A stretch of 64,000 bases of DNA from Raillietiella orientalis (taxonomy: Eukaryota), in contig JAYWIR010000014.1 of assembly GCA_036172245.1 (NCBI GenBank), positions 124,001-188,000 of the forward strand. The letters run 5' to 3'. The position numbers and the translations under genes were made by a program. Below are positions 12,201-23,400 of the stretch, in pieces. Below the pieces are notes generated by a model. The model was not told the origin of the DNA. It was given only the letters and a program-made list of their open reading frames with translations, and ran no database searches. How positions within the stretch are numbered: the stretch's first letter is position 1; the number at the start of each line of letters is the position of its first letter.

Positions 12201-15200
12201 GAGGGTCTCGGACCCGGAAAGGGAATCAGATGGGAACCTTCCCACCTCAGAAGTAGATTTCTTGTGAGTGCCTGCCGCTGGATCCATTTTCAGATAGCTC
12301 CTGCCTCTTGGAGACTCCTAGTAGTGGATGAAAACAGGGCATGGGGAGATCACACGATCGCCTGCAGAAAATCCAGAGCTCTCCTCGGTGTCCTGCTCCG
12401 TTTTCCTTTGGGAAAATCTTTCGACCCTCCGTGAGGGTTTCTCCCGGACGACTATGGAACTTGGGTTTTGCTAAAGAAAAAACAACACACATTTATCAAG
12501 AGAGCATCGGACAGGAATCATCCATTTCAGGCGTAGGGCTTCTGCCTAGGCTCTCTTTACTCCTTGCCTATCGAACTTCGGAGGCACTGGTGGTAGGGCT
12601 GACTCGAACGCGTCTTTTCTTCTTCCTCTTCGCAGCAGCACTGCAACATGTCGCGATTCTCTGAAGGCACCCCACCACCCTATGTTTCCTCAGAGGGGCA
12701 TTGGTCACTTGCGAATGTCCTACTGAATCCCTCACGCCCTCGCTCCGGCCTCCGAAATTCTGGTTTGCGACGCATACGTGTCCAATGTCAAGTTGTAAGA
12801 TGTTGCTGGGACTTCAAGGAAGACTCAGCACCTGCACTGTTTTCCTCTCTTTCTTTGTTCTCTCTGATTCATTGTTCTTTAATTTTTTAACTGAGATTAT
12901 CCCACTCTCTGTAGTCGGCAAATCCATTGTTGCCGGCCCGTTTGCTGTTTTTTCCCCTTTCGCGGCTATTTCACAGCACTTCTTTTTGATCTTCCTGCTA
13001 CTTCCATTGCAGCTCAGAGAGATCCTTAGGAAAGACTCTAAAATCTGTAAGATGACCATCTGACTTTCTGTTATTGAGGGTTTTCTTTCAGAGCGAAAGG
13101 CATTGCGGTGATCTTTCCTTTTCACACAATGCGAGGGGATGCGTGACCGCAGCGGCGATTCGATAAATCCGGCTTTGAAGGTGCCTTGGGGACACGTTCT
13201 CCTAACTATTGTGAACGCCACCCCCCTCTTCCACTCCTTCCAGAAAACAGTTTTAATCTCCGCGCGAACGATAGGATTGGGATGAGAAAAACATCCTCCC
13301 CTTTGCCCATGCACAGAACGTTGAGAGCTGAAGAAGCACTGGTTTCTGTTTTCCGACTCCCTTCTGGAGCGCAAAGTAGAGCACGAAAGCAGGGAGGAGG
13401 CAGTTTCTCCCTGACGGAATACAGGAGGATAAAATAGAAAAGGGAGGTGGGTGACCACGAGGAAACCCTTCGTTCGCTGGCGGGAGAAAACATTACTGGT
13501 GCACATAAGTGAGCAATAAAGGAGAGGAAGGTACCAGCGTCCTTCCACGTGAGAGTTGGAGGAAACAAAGATGCTGTGAAGGTGGAGAGAGGGGGCGAAA
13601 GGAAGGAAACGATCCTGAAGGGAATCGTGGGAGTAGACGTGGGTTCTCTGCCGAAGGAAGACGGATTGGTGCTCCAAAGGGCGAGAAGCCTCTCTGCTTG
13701 GGGCTTGTGTGGGAACTTCTGCGAGGTTCACAGGAAGGCGTGGGGGAGGCTAGTGTACGGAGAAGACGGTTTGGATTCCTCTCAAGCTTTTTTAAGCTTT
13801 TCTAAGCTACTCAACTTTCTGAGCTTTTCTCAAGCTCCTTCCTAAGCTTAAGGACTAAGGACTCGGTGGGGTTCGGAGTCTTCTCGGATAAGAGAGGAAG
13901 GTGATGGCAGGAGAAGGAGGCAGGTGATGAGGACCACTGGTTTTCCTACATAATCGTTCCCTTCCTGTGCGCCACGGTGCCAGGAGTTTGAGAAAATGCA
14001 AGGGGAAAGGCCCAGAGATGCGGAGTCTCGTGTGCTACTTATGCCAGAGGGAGGGCCGCCAAGGGGAGGAGGTGGCCACAACCGAGTGAGCCAACCGATC
14101 CGCCAAAAAACACACAAAAAGGCAGAAATTCGTCGTTGCCTAGTCCAGACCTCCTGACCTGGACTCGAAGCGAAACTCCCCCTTCCCTTCAAGTGCCTGT
14201 CGGCAGTTAAGACCTGCGGCAGTCTGCTTGTTGGCAGAGCTGACTCTTTGAAAAAGGAGGGGAAAAGGAGGAAGAGACCGCGGGGGCTGAGCACTGTGCA
14301 TGCAGACGCCCCTTCTGCGCGAGTGTTGCAGAGGAAAACCGAGGGGCGTCGGCTGATTGGCCTGAAGGAAGACTCCCTTGACCAAAAGAAGGATAATGGA
14401 GGGGAGAAGAGATGAAGAAGTATCTCGCTGCGGGTTCCGTGTTGCCTTCGCAGTACGGAATCTTCGATAATCATCGAAGGCTTCTTGCTGCCGCCCAGGG
14501 TCTTGTACGCAGATTGAGATGCCCGCGTAGTACTCGCAACGCGGGATACGAAAGGAGTGGTGGGAAGTCGAGAGCGTCACGCCTCTTCTTCTGTCTGCTC
14601 CTCAGACTGAAGAAGCACGGAAATGAGCAGGAGAGGGGAACGCGCTCTGCCTTCTGGAGGTGGTTTCATGCCTCCGTGGCGGGAGCAGGAGGAGGAATGC
14701 TGCCCTTCTCTTCCACCTCTTCCAACAAACCCTTTGTGTTCCGAGGCGGAGGAAGGAAAGGCTTCTTGGTAATGCTTCCTTGAGGGAAGGCAGAGGCACT
14801 GGAGACGAGGCGCTTTTCCTTCTAGGAGATAGAAGGTGGGATCAGGAAACCCTTCAGGGGGCGCAGGCAAGTTGAGCCGGAGGGTGCTCGATCCACGGTT
14901 ATGTGGGCTCTCTCGCTCCGGAACGGGAGGATCCTCGTCGTTACGCCCGACAGCGGTGTCGGGAAAGAGGAGCAGACATTGTACCGCCAAGGTGTTGTTG
15001 CAGCCGAAGCTGCTGGGGAAGCAGGCCAGCGACCAGGCACGCTCGGGAGCAGCATCGCCGCCGCCGATGGAGAAGCGAAGAGGTGCGCGGGATGTGGATA
15101 GGGGCAACTGTGCTCACCTCCGGCGTGTAGATGTTCAGAGTCAGGCAGTCCTCGCTCATTTTGATCTTGGAGGCGATCGTGTTCTTGAGTCTCCTGGTGT

Positions 15201-17146
15201 TGTTGACGAATGTCGACATCCAGAAAGCCTCCGAGGTCAGTTGGACGCAGAACGAACCAAAGGAGTCTGCCCGGAACGTATTCTTCCAGGGGGTTTTAGG
15301 GGTCGCATGCTGGAAACAGAGGCTTCCATGTCAGTGTTGGGTCCGCCAGGAGTCCACTGAGAAAGTCCCTTGCCCTTACCCTCCCACCTCGGTGTAAAAA
15401 TTCATCATCAATGTCGGAAATCCTGGCTATGGCAACCTCGACAGGGATGGAGTGAAGAGAGGATCGATGAAAATTGAGGACATTCTCCTGCTTATTTCGC
15501 AAGGAATGGGAACGGGGGAGGATGGCGAGAGGAAGAGAGGCTCAGAATCCTTCACTCTCCCCTCTCTGTCATCCAGAAAATCCCTTTTTCCCTGAAAGTG
15601 GACGAAGAGGAGGCCAGGACAAGGAGGTATAAGAGAAGACCTTCCGCAAGACAACTCCACCTCCGGCTGAGTGAGGGGAGGGAAACGGAAGAAGGGAGCA
15701 ACGCCACGATCTTTTCTCCTGTAGGGACCCCGAAGGTATGGGCACATGAGAGGGGAGCTGGAGGGGTGGAAGAGGAGGAGAAGGAGGAGAAAGAGGAAGG
15801 AGGGAAGTGGATCAGTTCCGCGGTGAGGTGCGATAGAGGCTCTTCCAAAGTCCCACCTCGCCTCACCCATAGGGGCATCTCTCGCATCCCACTTGGGAAC
15901 GATCCGCGATCAGCAGAGTGCTCTGGAAGGCAGAAGAGGTATCAGGAAGGGTAGTCATCGTCTATCTTTGTTCTCACAGCATCCTCCCCTCCCAGGCCGA
16001 CGAGTCGTTGGGCGCGCCGTTCCTCAGAGCGGGAATGCGGTGAGCTTTTCTGGAGCTCTTGGACAACGCGCGGCTCCTCGTCTGGCGTGCCGGTGCCTCC
16101 AGAGGAGCGAAAAAAAAAAAAAAAAAGCAGCAGCTCTCCCGGAGGCAGTGAAACCTGGAAGCTCCTCCTTTCCCCTCCCATTCCTCATTCCTGGCCCTCC
16201 ATGACGCTCGCTCCTGAGGGAATTTGTCATGCGCTCTCGCTAAAGGCGAAGGGAACCAAGCGCTTTCGGGCTCCTCTCCAGGCACCGGCATCATCCTCTG
16301 TGGAGAGGGAGTCGTCGCTGTGGGAAAAGACCTGCGCCCTTTCGTTCTTGCTAGCGCGTGCGCAACTCGGATCAACAGGAGAGAACTCGACCCGGGACTT
16401 GCCGTGCTTCCCCTTCCTCTCCTCCCAAGAAAAAAACGTCGGGAGCAGCCATAGTCCTCTCCTTCCCTCCGATCCACTAGACTACCACGGGGAAGCCGGG
16501 CAGCCGGGGCGAGTCTCCTCCGGAAAGCTTTTCGCGACCTGGGCTCCCCGGTTCTTCCCCGTCCCCCTCTCCCGGCGCCGTCGCCTGGGAGGAGCTATCG
16601 GCAGATCCTGGTGGAGGTGAGTGAGCATTCGCGAGGTCCTTTCACCTATCTCACCTCCAGCAACGCACGCTTGGACCAGCCCTCAGGAGGGCATGATGTT
16701 CCGCGCTCACGCGCTCAACACAAGGAGCAAGGTCGTGGGGAAGTGGCAATAGGGCCTCGGTCTGGAATAGGGCTTCCCTGTATGCCGCCTCGGACCGCGC
16801 GACCTTGCGACCCCTCTTGGCTCGAGACGCGCACATGCCTCCTCCTTCCCTCCCTTCAGTTCCCTCCCTCCGTTCCCTTCCTCCGGATCAGTACCTTGAA
16901 TCTCTCACGTCCCACCGGCGGCTCTGCGTAGGGAATGCCCAGGAACAGCCGGACGGCCTCTCCGCTGCTCAAACGCTCCAGCACACCACTCACGGGCCCC
17001 GTGCTCGTGACCACGACCTCGGTGTCCTCGGCAGCCTCCACAGCCATCGCAACCACCACCACTGCAACCATCACCGCCGCCGCCGCCGGGTGGGCGAGAA
17101 GCGCGCGCTTCCCGGAGGTCCAGCGAGCGCCGCTGCACATGTCCAT
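102..17146 (-). CDS. Carboxyl/cholinesterase-family (alpha/beta-hydrolase, neuroligin-like) protein; 10 exons visible, 3' end beyond the window
   Basis: Exons 17146-16895, 15309-15118, 9804-9657, 7693-7508, 6842-6670, 6582-6411, 4878-4661, 4062-3921, 1227-1092 and 221-102 join in frame (1739 nt) with AG acceptors and GT (once GC) donors. Motifs: hydrophobic signal peptide, [93 protein letters not shown]. Confidence 0.93.
1092..1227 (-). CDS. Esterase exon 9 ([16 protein letters not shown]...NFINTG)
   Basis: CTGCAG| acceptor, GG|GTGAGT donor; predicted catalytic His. Absent from the ORF track. Confidence 0.92.
3921..4062 (-). CDS. Esterase exon 8 ([11 protein letters not shown]...AYLFEFDY)
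   Basis: TTTTTCAG| acceptor, G|GTGAGT donor; matches the family D..F..P...Y.Y.F pattern. Confidence 0.88.
4607..4652. repeat. (AG)n microsatellite next to the exon 7 donor
   Basis: Interrupted GA dinucleotide run. Confidence 0.85.
4661..4878 (-). CDS. Esterase exon 7 (5' boundary less certain)
   Basis: TTGTTCCAG| gives the required phase 1; GCT|GTGAGT donor. Weakly conserved helical region. Confidence 0.7.
6411..6582 (-). CDS. Esterase exon 6 (FAPIVDGD...MMGFTKQE)
   Basis: CTCCAG| acceptor, T|GTAAGT donor; contains the predicted catalytic Glu. Confidence 0.88.
6670..6842 (-). CDS. Esterase exon 5 ([11 protein letters not shown]...[12 protein letters not shown])
   Basis: CCCCAG| acceptor; non-canonical CAG|GCGAGT donor. 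Confidence 0.88.
7508..7693 (-). CDS. Esterase exon 4 (FLSTG...GNSAG...LLTLSRYSS)
   Basis: CCCCAG| acceptor, G|GTGAGG donor; nucleophile elbow GNSAG. Confidence 0.93.
9657..9804 (-). CDS. Esterase exon 3 ([12 protein letters not shown]...INYRLGVF)
   Basis: TCCCAG| acceptor, G|GTAAGC donor; oxyanion-hole motif. Confidence 0.93.
10600..12100 (-). mobile_element. Heavily decayed L1-like LINE ORF2 relic in esterase intron 2
   Basis: Faint collinear motifs across frames: [20 protein letters not shown] (like PGPDG..EFY..FW), GCVRSHCSP (like GVRQGCPLSP), GFRSQPVEK (like GL.IN..K). Many stops and frameshifts. Confidence 0.3.
15118..15309 (-). CDS. Esterase exon 2 (HATPKTPW...[13 protein letters not shown])
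   Basis: TTTCCAG| acceptor, GAG|GTGAGC donor; type-B carboxylesterase signature EDCLxLNI. Confidence 0.92.
16895..17146 (-). CDS. Esterase exon 1 (signal peptide to [15 protein letters not shown])
   Basis: ATG at 17146; donor AAG|GTAC; phase 0. Confidence 0.9.
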
Positions 17147-17147
17147 C

Positions 17148-17203
17148 CCTCCTCCTCCTCCTCCTCCTCCTTCACCACCACCACCGCCTCCTCCTCCTCC
17201 TTC
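17148..17203. repeat. (CCT)n/(CCA)n trinucleotide tract in the esterase 5'UTR
   Basis: GGA/GGT repeats directly upstream of the ATG on the minus strand. Confidence 0.85.
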
Positions 17204-17444
17204 CTGCCTGTCTGCCGCCTGCCTACCTCTTCTCGGTCCTTCGTCTTCCTTGCTAGTGGGCGGACGTTTACCCGGAGCGGGAGCACCTCCGCTTCACTTC
17301 GGGGAGGGGTTGCGCGGCACAAGGGAATGGGAGGGGGCAACGGGGCTCCCTTTTAAGAGGACACGCTCCGTCGGGGTTGCCGGAAGCCATTTTTCTTCCC
17401 GAAGGAACAGCTGCTTCCCTTCCTGCCGTGCTCCCGGAAACTGC

Positions 17445-17450
17445 GACTGA
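17445..17450 (-). promoter_or_regulatory. Candidate initiator (TCAGTC) for the esterase gene in a CpG-dense region
   Basis: Minus strand reads CTCAGTCGCAGTT about 300 nt upstream of the ATG; matches the arthropod Inr consensus TCAKTY. Confidence 0.4.
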
Positions 17451-20400
17451 GGGCGCGCAGGGCTGGGCGCGACCGCGCGCGCGCGCAAGGGGGCCCGTGC
17501 AGGAGGCGTAAGCCGCACCTGGAATTCCGGAGCAAGAGGGAAAGGGAAACTCTTGAGGGATCCGGGAAAGAGGGGGAAGGGGAAGGCCTCGTTTCTCCCG
17601 GCGGGTTCCCCCCGTAGGGAATCCGCTCATCTCTCGGGCGGGAAGGAGGAGGAAAACCAGGGCTGACGGGGAGGAGGAAGGGAGGAGGGAGGGAGGGAAG
17701 GAGGGAGGGAGGGAAGCGGGAAGCTTTGCGATCCCGTCCGGAATTCCGTCGGCGCGTGGCCGGCTGGCTGGCCGTCTCGCTCTCGGGGGGAAGAAGGAAG
17801 GGGGAGAAGAACAGAGGAGGAGGAGGAACGTCTTGCGACGATGCGCCTGTTCCACGGCGGCGAGAGCGGCCGCGGCGCCGGGACCGGCGGCGCTCTCGCC
17901 TTCGACGGCGGGAGCGGCCACGGCTCAGTTCGAGCGCACGCGCGGGCCCTCCTTTCGCGCTTTCTTCCCGCCCTTTACCCCCCCCCCCCCTTCCCTTTTC
18001 TTGCCTTCCCCTCATTGCCATCGATGGCTCTCCCGAACGCACGGGCCGTTTCTGACGATCGATCGGCTCTTTTCAAAAGAACTAGGAGCAAGACGGGAGG
18101 GGGAGAGGTCCCGAAAACTGGGAAAGCGGCTGGGAGCAGAGACGCAGGAAGCGCGCTCCCGCGCGCGCGAAAAATAGCGGGCGGACCGCTCCTCTTCGCG
18201 TATCTCCCGGACAGGGACCTGTCTTGTGACAGAGTCTAAAGGAAGAAAAGGAGGAAAAGGCAGAAAGGAGAGGGATGAGGAGAACTCAGCTCCCTGCTCT
18301 TCCCTTGTTGGAATTTTCTTTTCCGTGGGCCGTCCCGTTCCCGCGAGGCAGGCCCCCCTCCTACTCTTCCCTCCCCTTGCGGTTCGAGCGGGCTACAAAG
18401 GGTTGCAAGGGCAGGACGGTGGAAAATGTTCCGTGCCTCCGTTCCCTCCGTTCCCTCCCATTTTCCCGAGGGAACGAAGGACAGTCCTCCTCTCCTTCTC
18501 TCCTACTTGGGACCGTTGGAAGGATGACCTAGCTCACCCAGGGGAGACGTCACTGTTGTCTTCTGAGGCGAGGAAGGCGGACGACGGAGTAGGTGTCTTC
18601 ACGAGCGATCCAGCTTCTCTCTTCTTGTAGACCCGAAGAGCAATACCCTCTCACTCTTCTCTTTCCGATCCTTCTACTGACTGCAAAACTTCTCCCTTTT
18701 TTTTCGTGTCTTCGTCGATCGTCTCGCGATCGCATATTCCGCGATTGCCACGATAATCGAGTGGACAAGAGGTTCTCTTCTGCTGAGTGGCTAGTGGCAG
18801 TCTCATCCGGCAAGCAGGTCATCGTGAGGGATGATTTCGCAAGGGGGGGAGGATACGATCCTCTCCCGAATCATCGGATTGTCTGGAGATGCCTCCTTCA
18901 ACATTGGGAATCACGAAACTCTTTTTCCTTCCTGCATGGCTCGTCGGAGAGGAGGAATCGAACTCAAGGGGATGTTGACTCCGCTCCCTTTCTTGAGAGC
19001 TCATTAAGCGCATTCCCCTGTCTTGCCACGGCAGACGGGGACAACCAACCTGGCGGCAGGGCGAGTGGCTCCGAGAAGAGGCGAAGGTGCTTGCGTCACT
19101 CTTCCGGCGCAGCATCACAGTTGAGGTCAAACCGAAGGGTCGTAACGCCAGAAGCACAGACCAGAGCGGCGGAGTCTTCAAGGCAGCCGTCTTACCGCCT
19201 TAAAACCTCCCCTTGACCTATCCCCCCTGCTTTTAATGGTCTGCTTCCTCCTCCTCTATGCACTTTCTCTGGAGCGCTCTTTCCATCCAGAGCCGATGGG
19301 AAGGAGACTGGCTGGTCCCTGGACCAACTTCACTAATGAGACAAACGGGAGAGTCAATTATCCTCCACAGCTGGAGACCATGCGTCGGTGACCTTCAAAA
19401 GAGATCCACCTGTGCACTGGACCATGGGTGACTCCTCATTGACTGCGATGCTGGGATCAGAATGCGGCGACTGGAGGCGAAGTGATCCTGGGAGCAAGGA
19501 ATACCGCTCTCCACAGCACTTCCATACGTCAAGGACGTCCGTCTGTTTCCGCAGCACCTGGTGTCTCCGGCCTATTTTGGAACGACCCTTGGAGCTGCGA
19601 GGAGAAAACCACCCCTGTCCCCAAATAAGGATCTCCCGTCCACCACCCACTTTGAAATCGATCGAGTCTGAAGAGGGCGCGCTAGCAGCAAAGAGAAGAG
19701 ACGAGCGAACAACGACGGAGAACTGCTGGGAGGAAGCGAAGAGACAGGAGGTGAAGACGAATGGATGCCCTCCACCGACATTCGGCTCACATCGAGCAGG
19801 GACTTCCCTCCCTCCTCTGCAGCCTGCCCAGGCCACCGGGGAGCAGTCCAGCTCGAAAGCGGCAAACTCGGAAGCATCGCGTGAGATGCTTTGCTAGCGG
19901 GAGGCGTTGCGAGAGCAGGGGCGAGTGAGGTTGTCTCACCCGGCCTTCAGGGGTGAAAGTCGCCTCTGCCAGAACAAGCGGTACATCTCTCCGATATCTC
20001 CTGGAGAGGGAAGACCGAATGGGCGGCCAAAGTGCTTTCACGAATTCTTTGGGAGTCCAAGAGTGTGGAACGAAAGGGAGGAAAAGAGGAATTTTACCCA
20101 TCGACTACCCAGCATCGGCTTCTCCACGAAGGAGCCTCCTTCGGGTTGTCACACCCTCTCTTCTTCCTCTTAATGTCTTTGGTTTTCTGATCCTCCTTGG
20201 CACCTCTTCAGTTATTCTTGGGTATTTCACAGAAGAGCCCAAGAAATCCTCTCTTTTATGAGGCTATCCGGGCGGAAACGAAGGCTTCATTCCTCCTCTG
20301 GAGATGCGGGAGGGAAGTGGAGAAACAAGAACCGACTCTCCGGCGGTAGGGAATCTCTCTGGACTTGCCGCCTGGACTCGAAATCACCAGACTTGAGGGA

Positions 20401-23400
20401 ACAGTACCTCGTGTGATTGCCATCGACACTGTCCTGCACTTTTCCTTGCAAAGTCTGCTTCCAACTGAAGAAGATGGCAAAATGCCTCAGGCCGTGTGCT
20501 TCTCCTCCTCTGATTTCCCCTCACCACTCCTCACCATCACCACCGCCCTTTCGAACACTTCCCCGGAGAGTTCGGAGGTCGCACTCCTTGGCGTCCCTCC
20601 AGCCTCCCAGAAGGACTCCAGGCCCACAGAAGCCTCCATCCGGAAACCTTCTCCTTGCGCTTCTACTCCTTCCATTACCTGCGCTCCATGCTCAGATCCC
20701 CACACGCGGTCTTTTCCTTCGGGGGTCCACAATGCCTCTGAAATTAAGGAATTTCTGTCACGGGTCGCCGAGGGTCGCAAAGGCTACCTTTTAATGGAGG
20801 AGAGAAAAACCAGCGAAGCTGGTACTTCTGATTCTTTACCTCTGGCAATTCTGGTGATAATGCCTCTGAAATGGACTCAGGGGTTCGTGCCGGGAATTTC
20901 GTCTTCTTTCTCTGAGTCGCTGCATCTTCCCAGGAAGAATGGCTCTGGAAAGGATCACGTGGAGTGCGGCACGAAGAGACGTGGAGGGCAGAAATGAGAA
21001 GTACGTGAGGGCATCACAAGATGCAGAAGCCAGTCGGGTACAGGGCTCGGAGGCGGAGAGGGGGATATAGAGGACGGGAGGTCACGAAACCGCCGGAGGC
21101 ATTTGTCTCGGACGGACAGATCGCTCAGACTCGTTACACGTGGCCGCCGTTCCCACGAAGACGTGATGCAGATGGAGGAAGTCATATTCATTTCAGCCTC
21201 GTCCCTTACGTATCACCCTATATTGGGGAATTCTCTGGGCATTGAGAATGAAAAGTGCAGTCGTTCACCGCGCGCGTTCCGAGAGCGAAGCGTCTCTCCC
21301 GTGCAAACGCCACCATTAAACCCAGTGACGAAAGGGCACCTTCTGGAGAAGAAGAGACCTGAAATGGAACTTTCTCCCTCTTTCTCCCTTTCCCCTTTCA
21401 TCCCCATTCCTCTCTCGGACGACGACAGAGAGGACAGCGCCTCGAGCAAGAACTCGGAGCGTCCGCTCCTTTCAAGCACGGAGAGAGACGATGGTCATGC
21501 CAGCTCGATGTGCAGATCCAAGGAAAAGAAGAGACGGATGCGCAGATCCTCGAAAGCTCTACGCCAAGACCTCCATGAAAGACGCTGGTAGCGGTTGCGG
21601 AGGTAGCCCGAAAGAGTATTCCACGGGCTCCCTCATGGCTCGCACACCCACTCTCAGGAGAAAGGAACGGATCCTCTTCCTTCCAGGAGACCTTGAGTGT
21701 CACCCGCTTAGAAACGCTGAGGAACACGATAATGCGCCGGAAAACTTACTCTCTCTAGGGGCGTCTGCTGGGATGGAAGAGACTGGAGCTTCCTGGAGAC
21801 GCGCTGAGAGAAGCAGCCTCTAAATGGGAAACTGTGTCCTCCAGCAGATCCCAGGCATAGCCTCGCATCTGTACTACAGGCAACATTAAGGAAAGTCTGG
21901 AAAGCTTCGCCTCTTCTTCCTCCTCGAAAGACCACTAAGAAGTTTCTCCTGACCGATCCGATGAGCACCTTTCCTCAGCAAGATCTAGGGACAGGGGGAA
22001 CTCCACCCACTCCCGGAAGCATCCCAAGAGTTCCTTCGCTTCTCCATGTCTGTATTCCTGGAACTTGGACGTCCCTGGAAGCTGCATTATCCAGATCTTA
22101 ATTCTTTGATGACCTTTCTCTCGAGGAGATGGCAGCAAGTCCTAAGGTCAGGAGGAGTCCAGGCAACGAGCTCTTAGCCTCCGCCTGAGCGCTCGGCTTG
22201 TCGTCGCCGCAGGGTTACTTGCAGGAGCCACACTGAACTCCACGCAGGCTGGTTGTTGCCTTATCCGAGCGCGCTTTCACATGTTTTCCGCTGCATAGGG
22301 CGAGACGGGAGCGTCGGAGTTGGGGAGGCAGTCCGTGTGCCCCCCGAGCCTCCCCGCCGCGTGCTGCTCCTCCTTCGAGTATTCCGGAAGTCACAGGTCA
22401 CAAGTCCGAATCCGAGGAGAGGACACTTCCGCTGTCACCATTGATTACACCTGGAAAGGAATGCAGGTACCATGGGCCATCAGCTCTGGTCTTCACGACG
22501 TCCACTTAAGGGAGAAACGAAGGAAAGGAAGGGGGAGACATCTCGTACCCCTCGTAAGCACGTTGCCCTGGCACACCTCTTGACGAAACAACACCCACCG
22601 CTGGCAGTCGTTTCCAGAAAGAACACACACAGTGGTCCAGCACGCTTGTCGATCCATCATCGATCCAGAAAGCACCTTGACAGCTGAATCTTTCTGCTCC
22701 ATCTGAGGTAGCTGAGGGAAGAGGAGGGTGCCTTCTGCTTGCGCGCGCGCCTTCCATCACCAATGTGCATCTTCTTTTCCGGGTTTGTCAATGTTCTGAG
22801 GTGCGAATCGTGCGGATTGACAGCAACTGTTTGTCGGAGCACCTTGCTGCCTTTCTTGCCTCGTCATGGTCCGCCGACCTCTAGCAGAGGTTCCACATCC
22901 ATCCCTGAGTCTGCGGGAGACTCCTCGAAGGGGTTTCGGAGATACTGGTCGTTCTTGCTCCAGCACCACCAGAAGCACCTCCCTCTCACTCCAGGAAGAT
23001 GCTCCTGAGTGAGTCTGCGCCCCTGATCGAAGCTCCTTGTGCAAGCGGGGTCGCAGGGACACTGAGATATTGGGGCTCTTTGCCTTTCCTCCCTGAAGGT
23101 GAGAGTCACGTGTTACGGATGGAGGCCCGGACCCAGGTCACCTACTTCACCACTGACTCCACCCGACTCCTGCGGGAATGACTTCAAGCGTTTGCTACAG
23201 CTCGAGTGGTAGTCTTTTTCTCCTCCTTCTGTCCCCTCCTCCTCACGACGAAAGATGGCATCATTAGACTCTGCCTTGCTCCCGGAGAAGTGTTCGTGTC
23301 AACCCACCATAGTGGGAAGTTCGCCTGCTCTCTGAATCCGGCTCATCCCCATGACGACGGAGTCGAGCATCATGAAAGATGATCAGAACAAGAGCAGTTC

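Noticed and set aside
12814..13731. 305-aa ORF nested in the esterase intron
   Set aside because: No recognisable domain and random-like composition.
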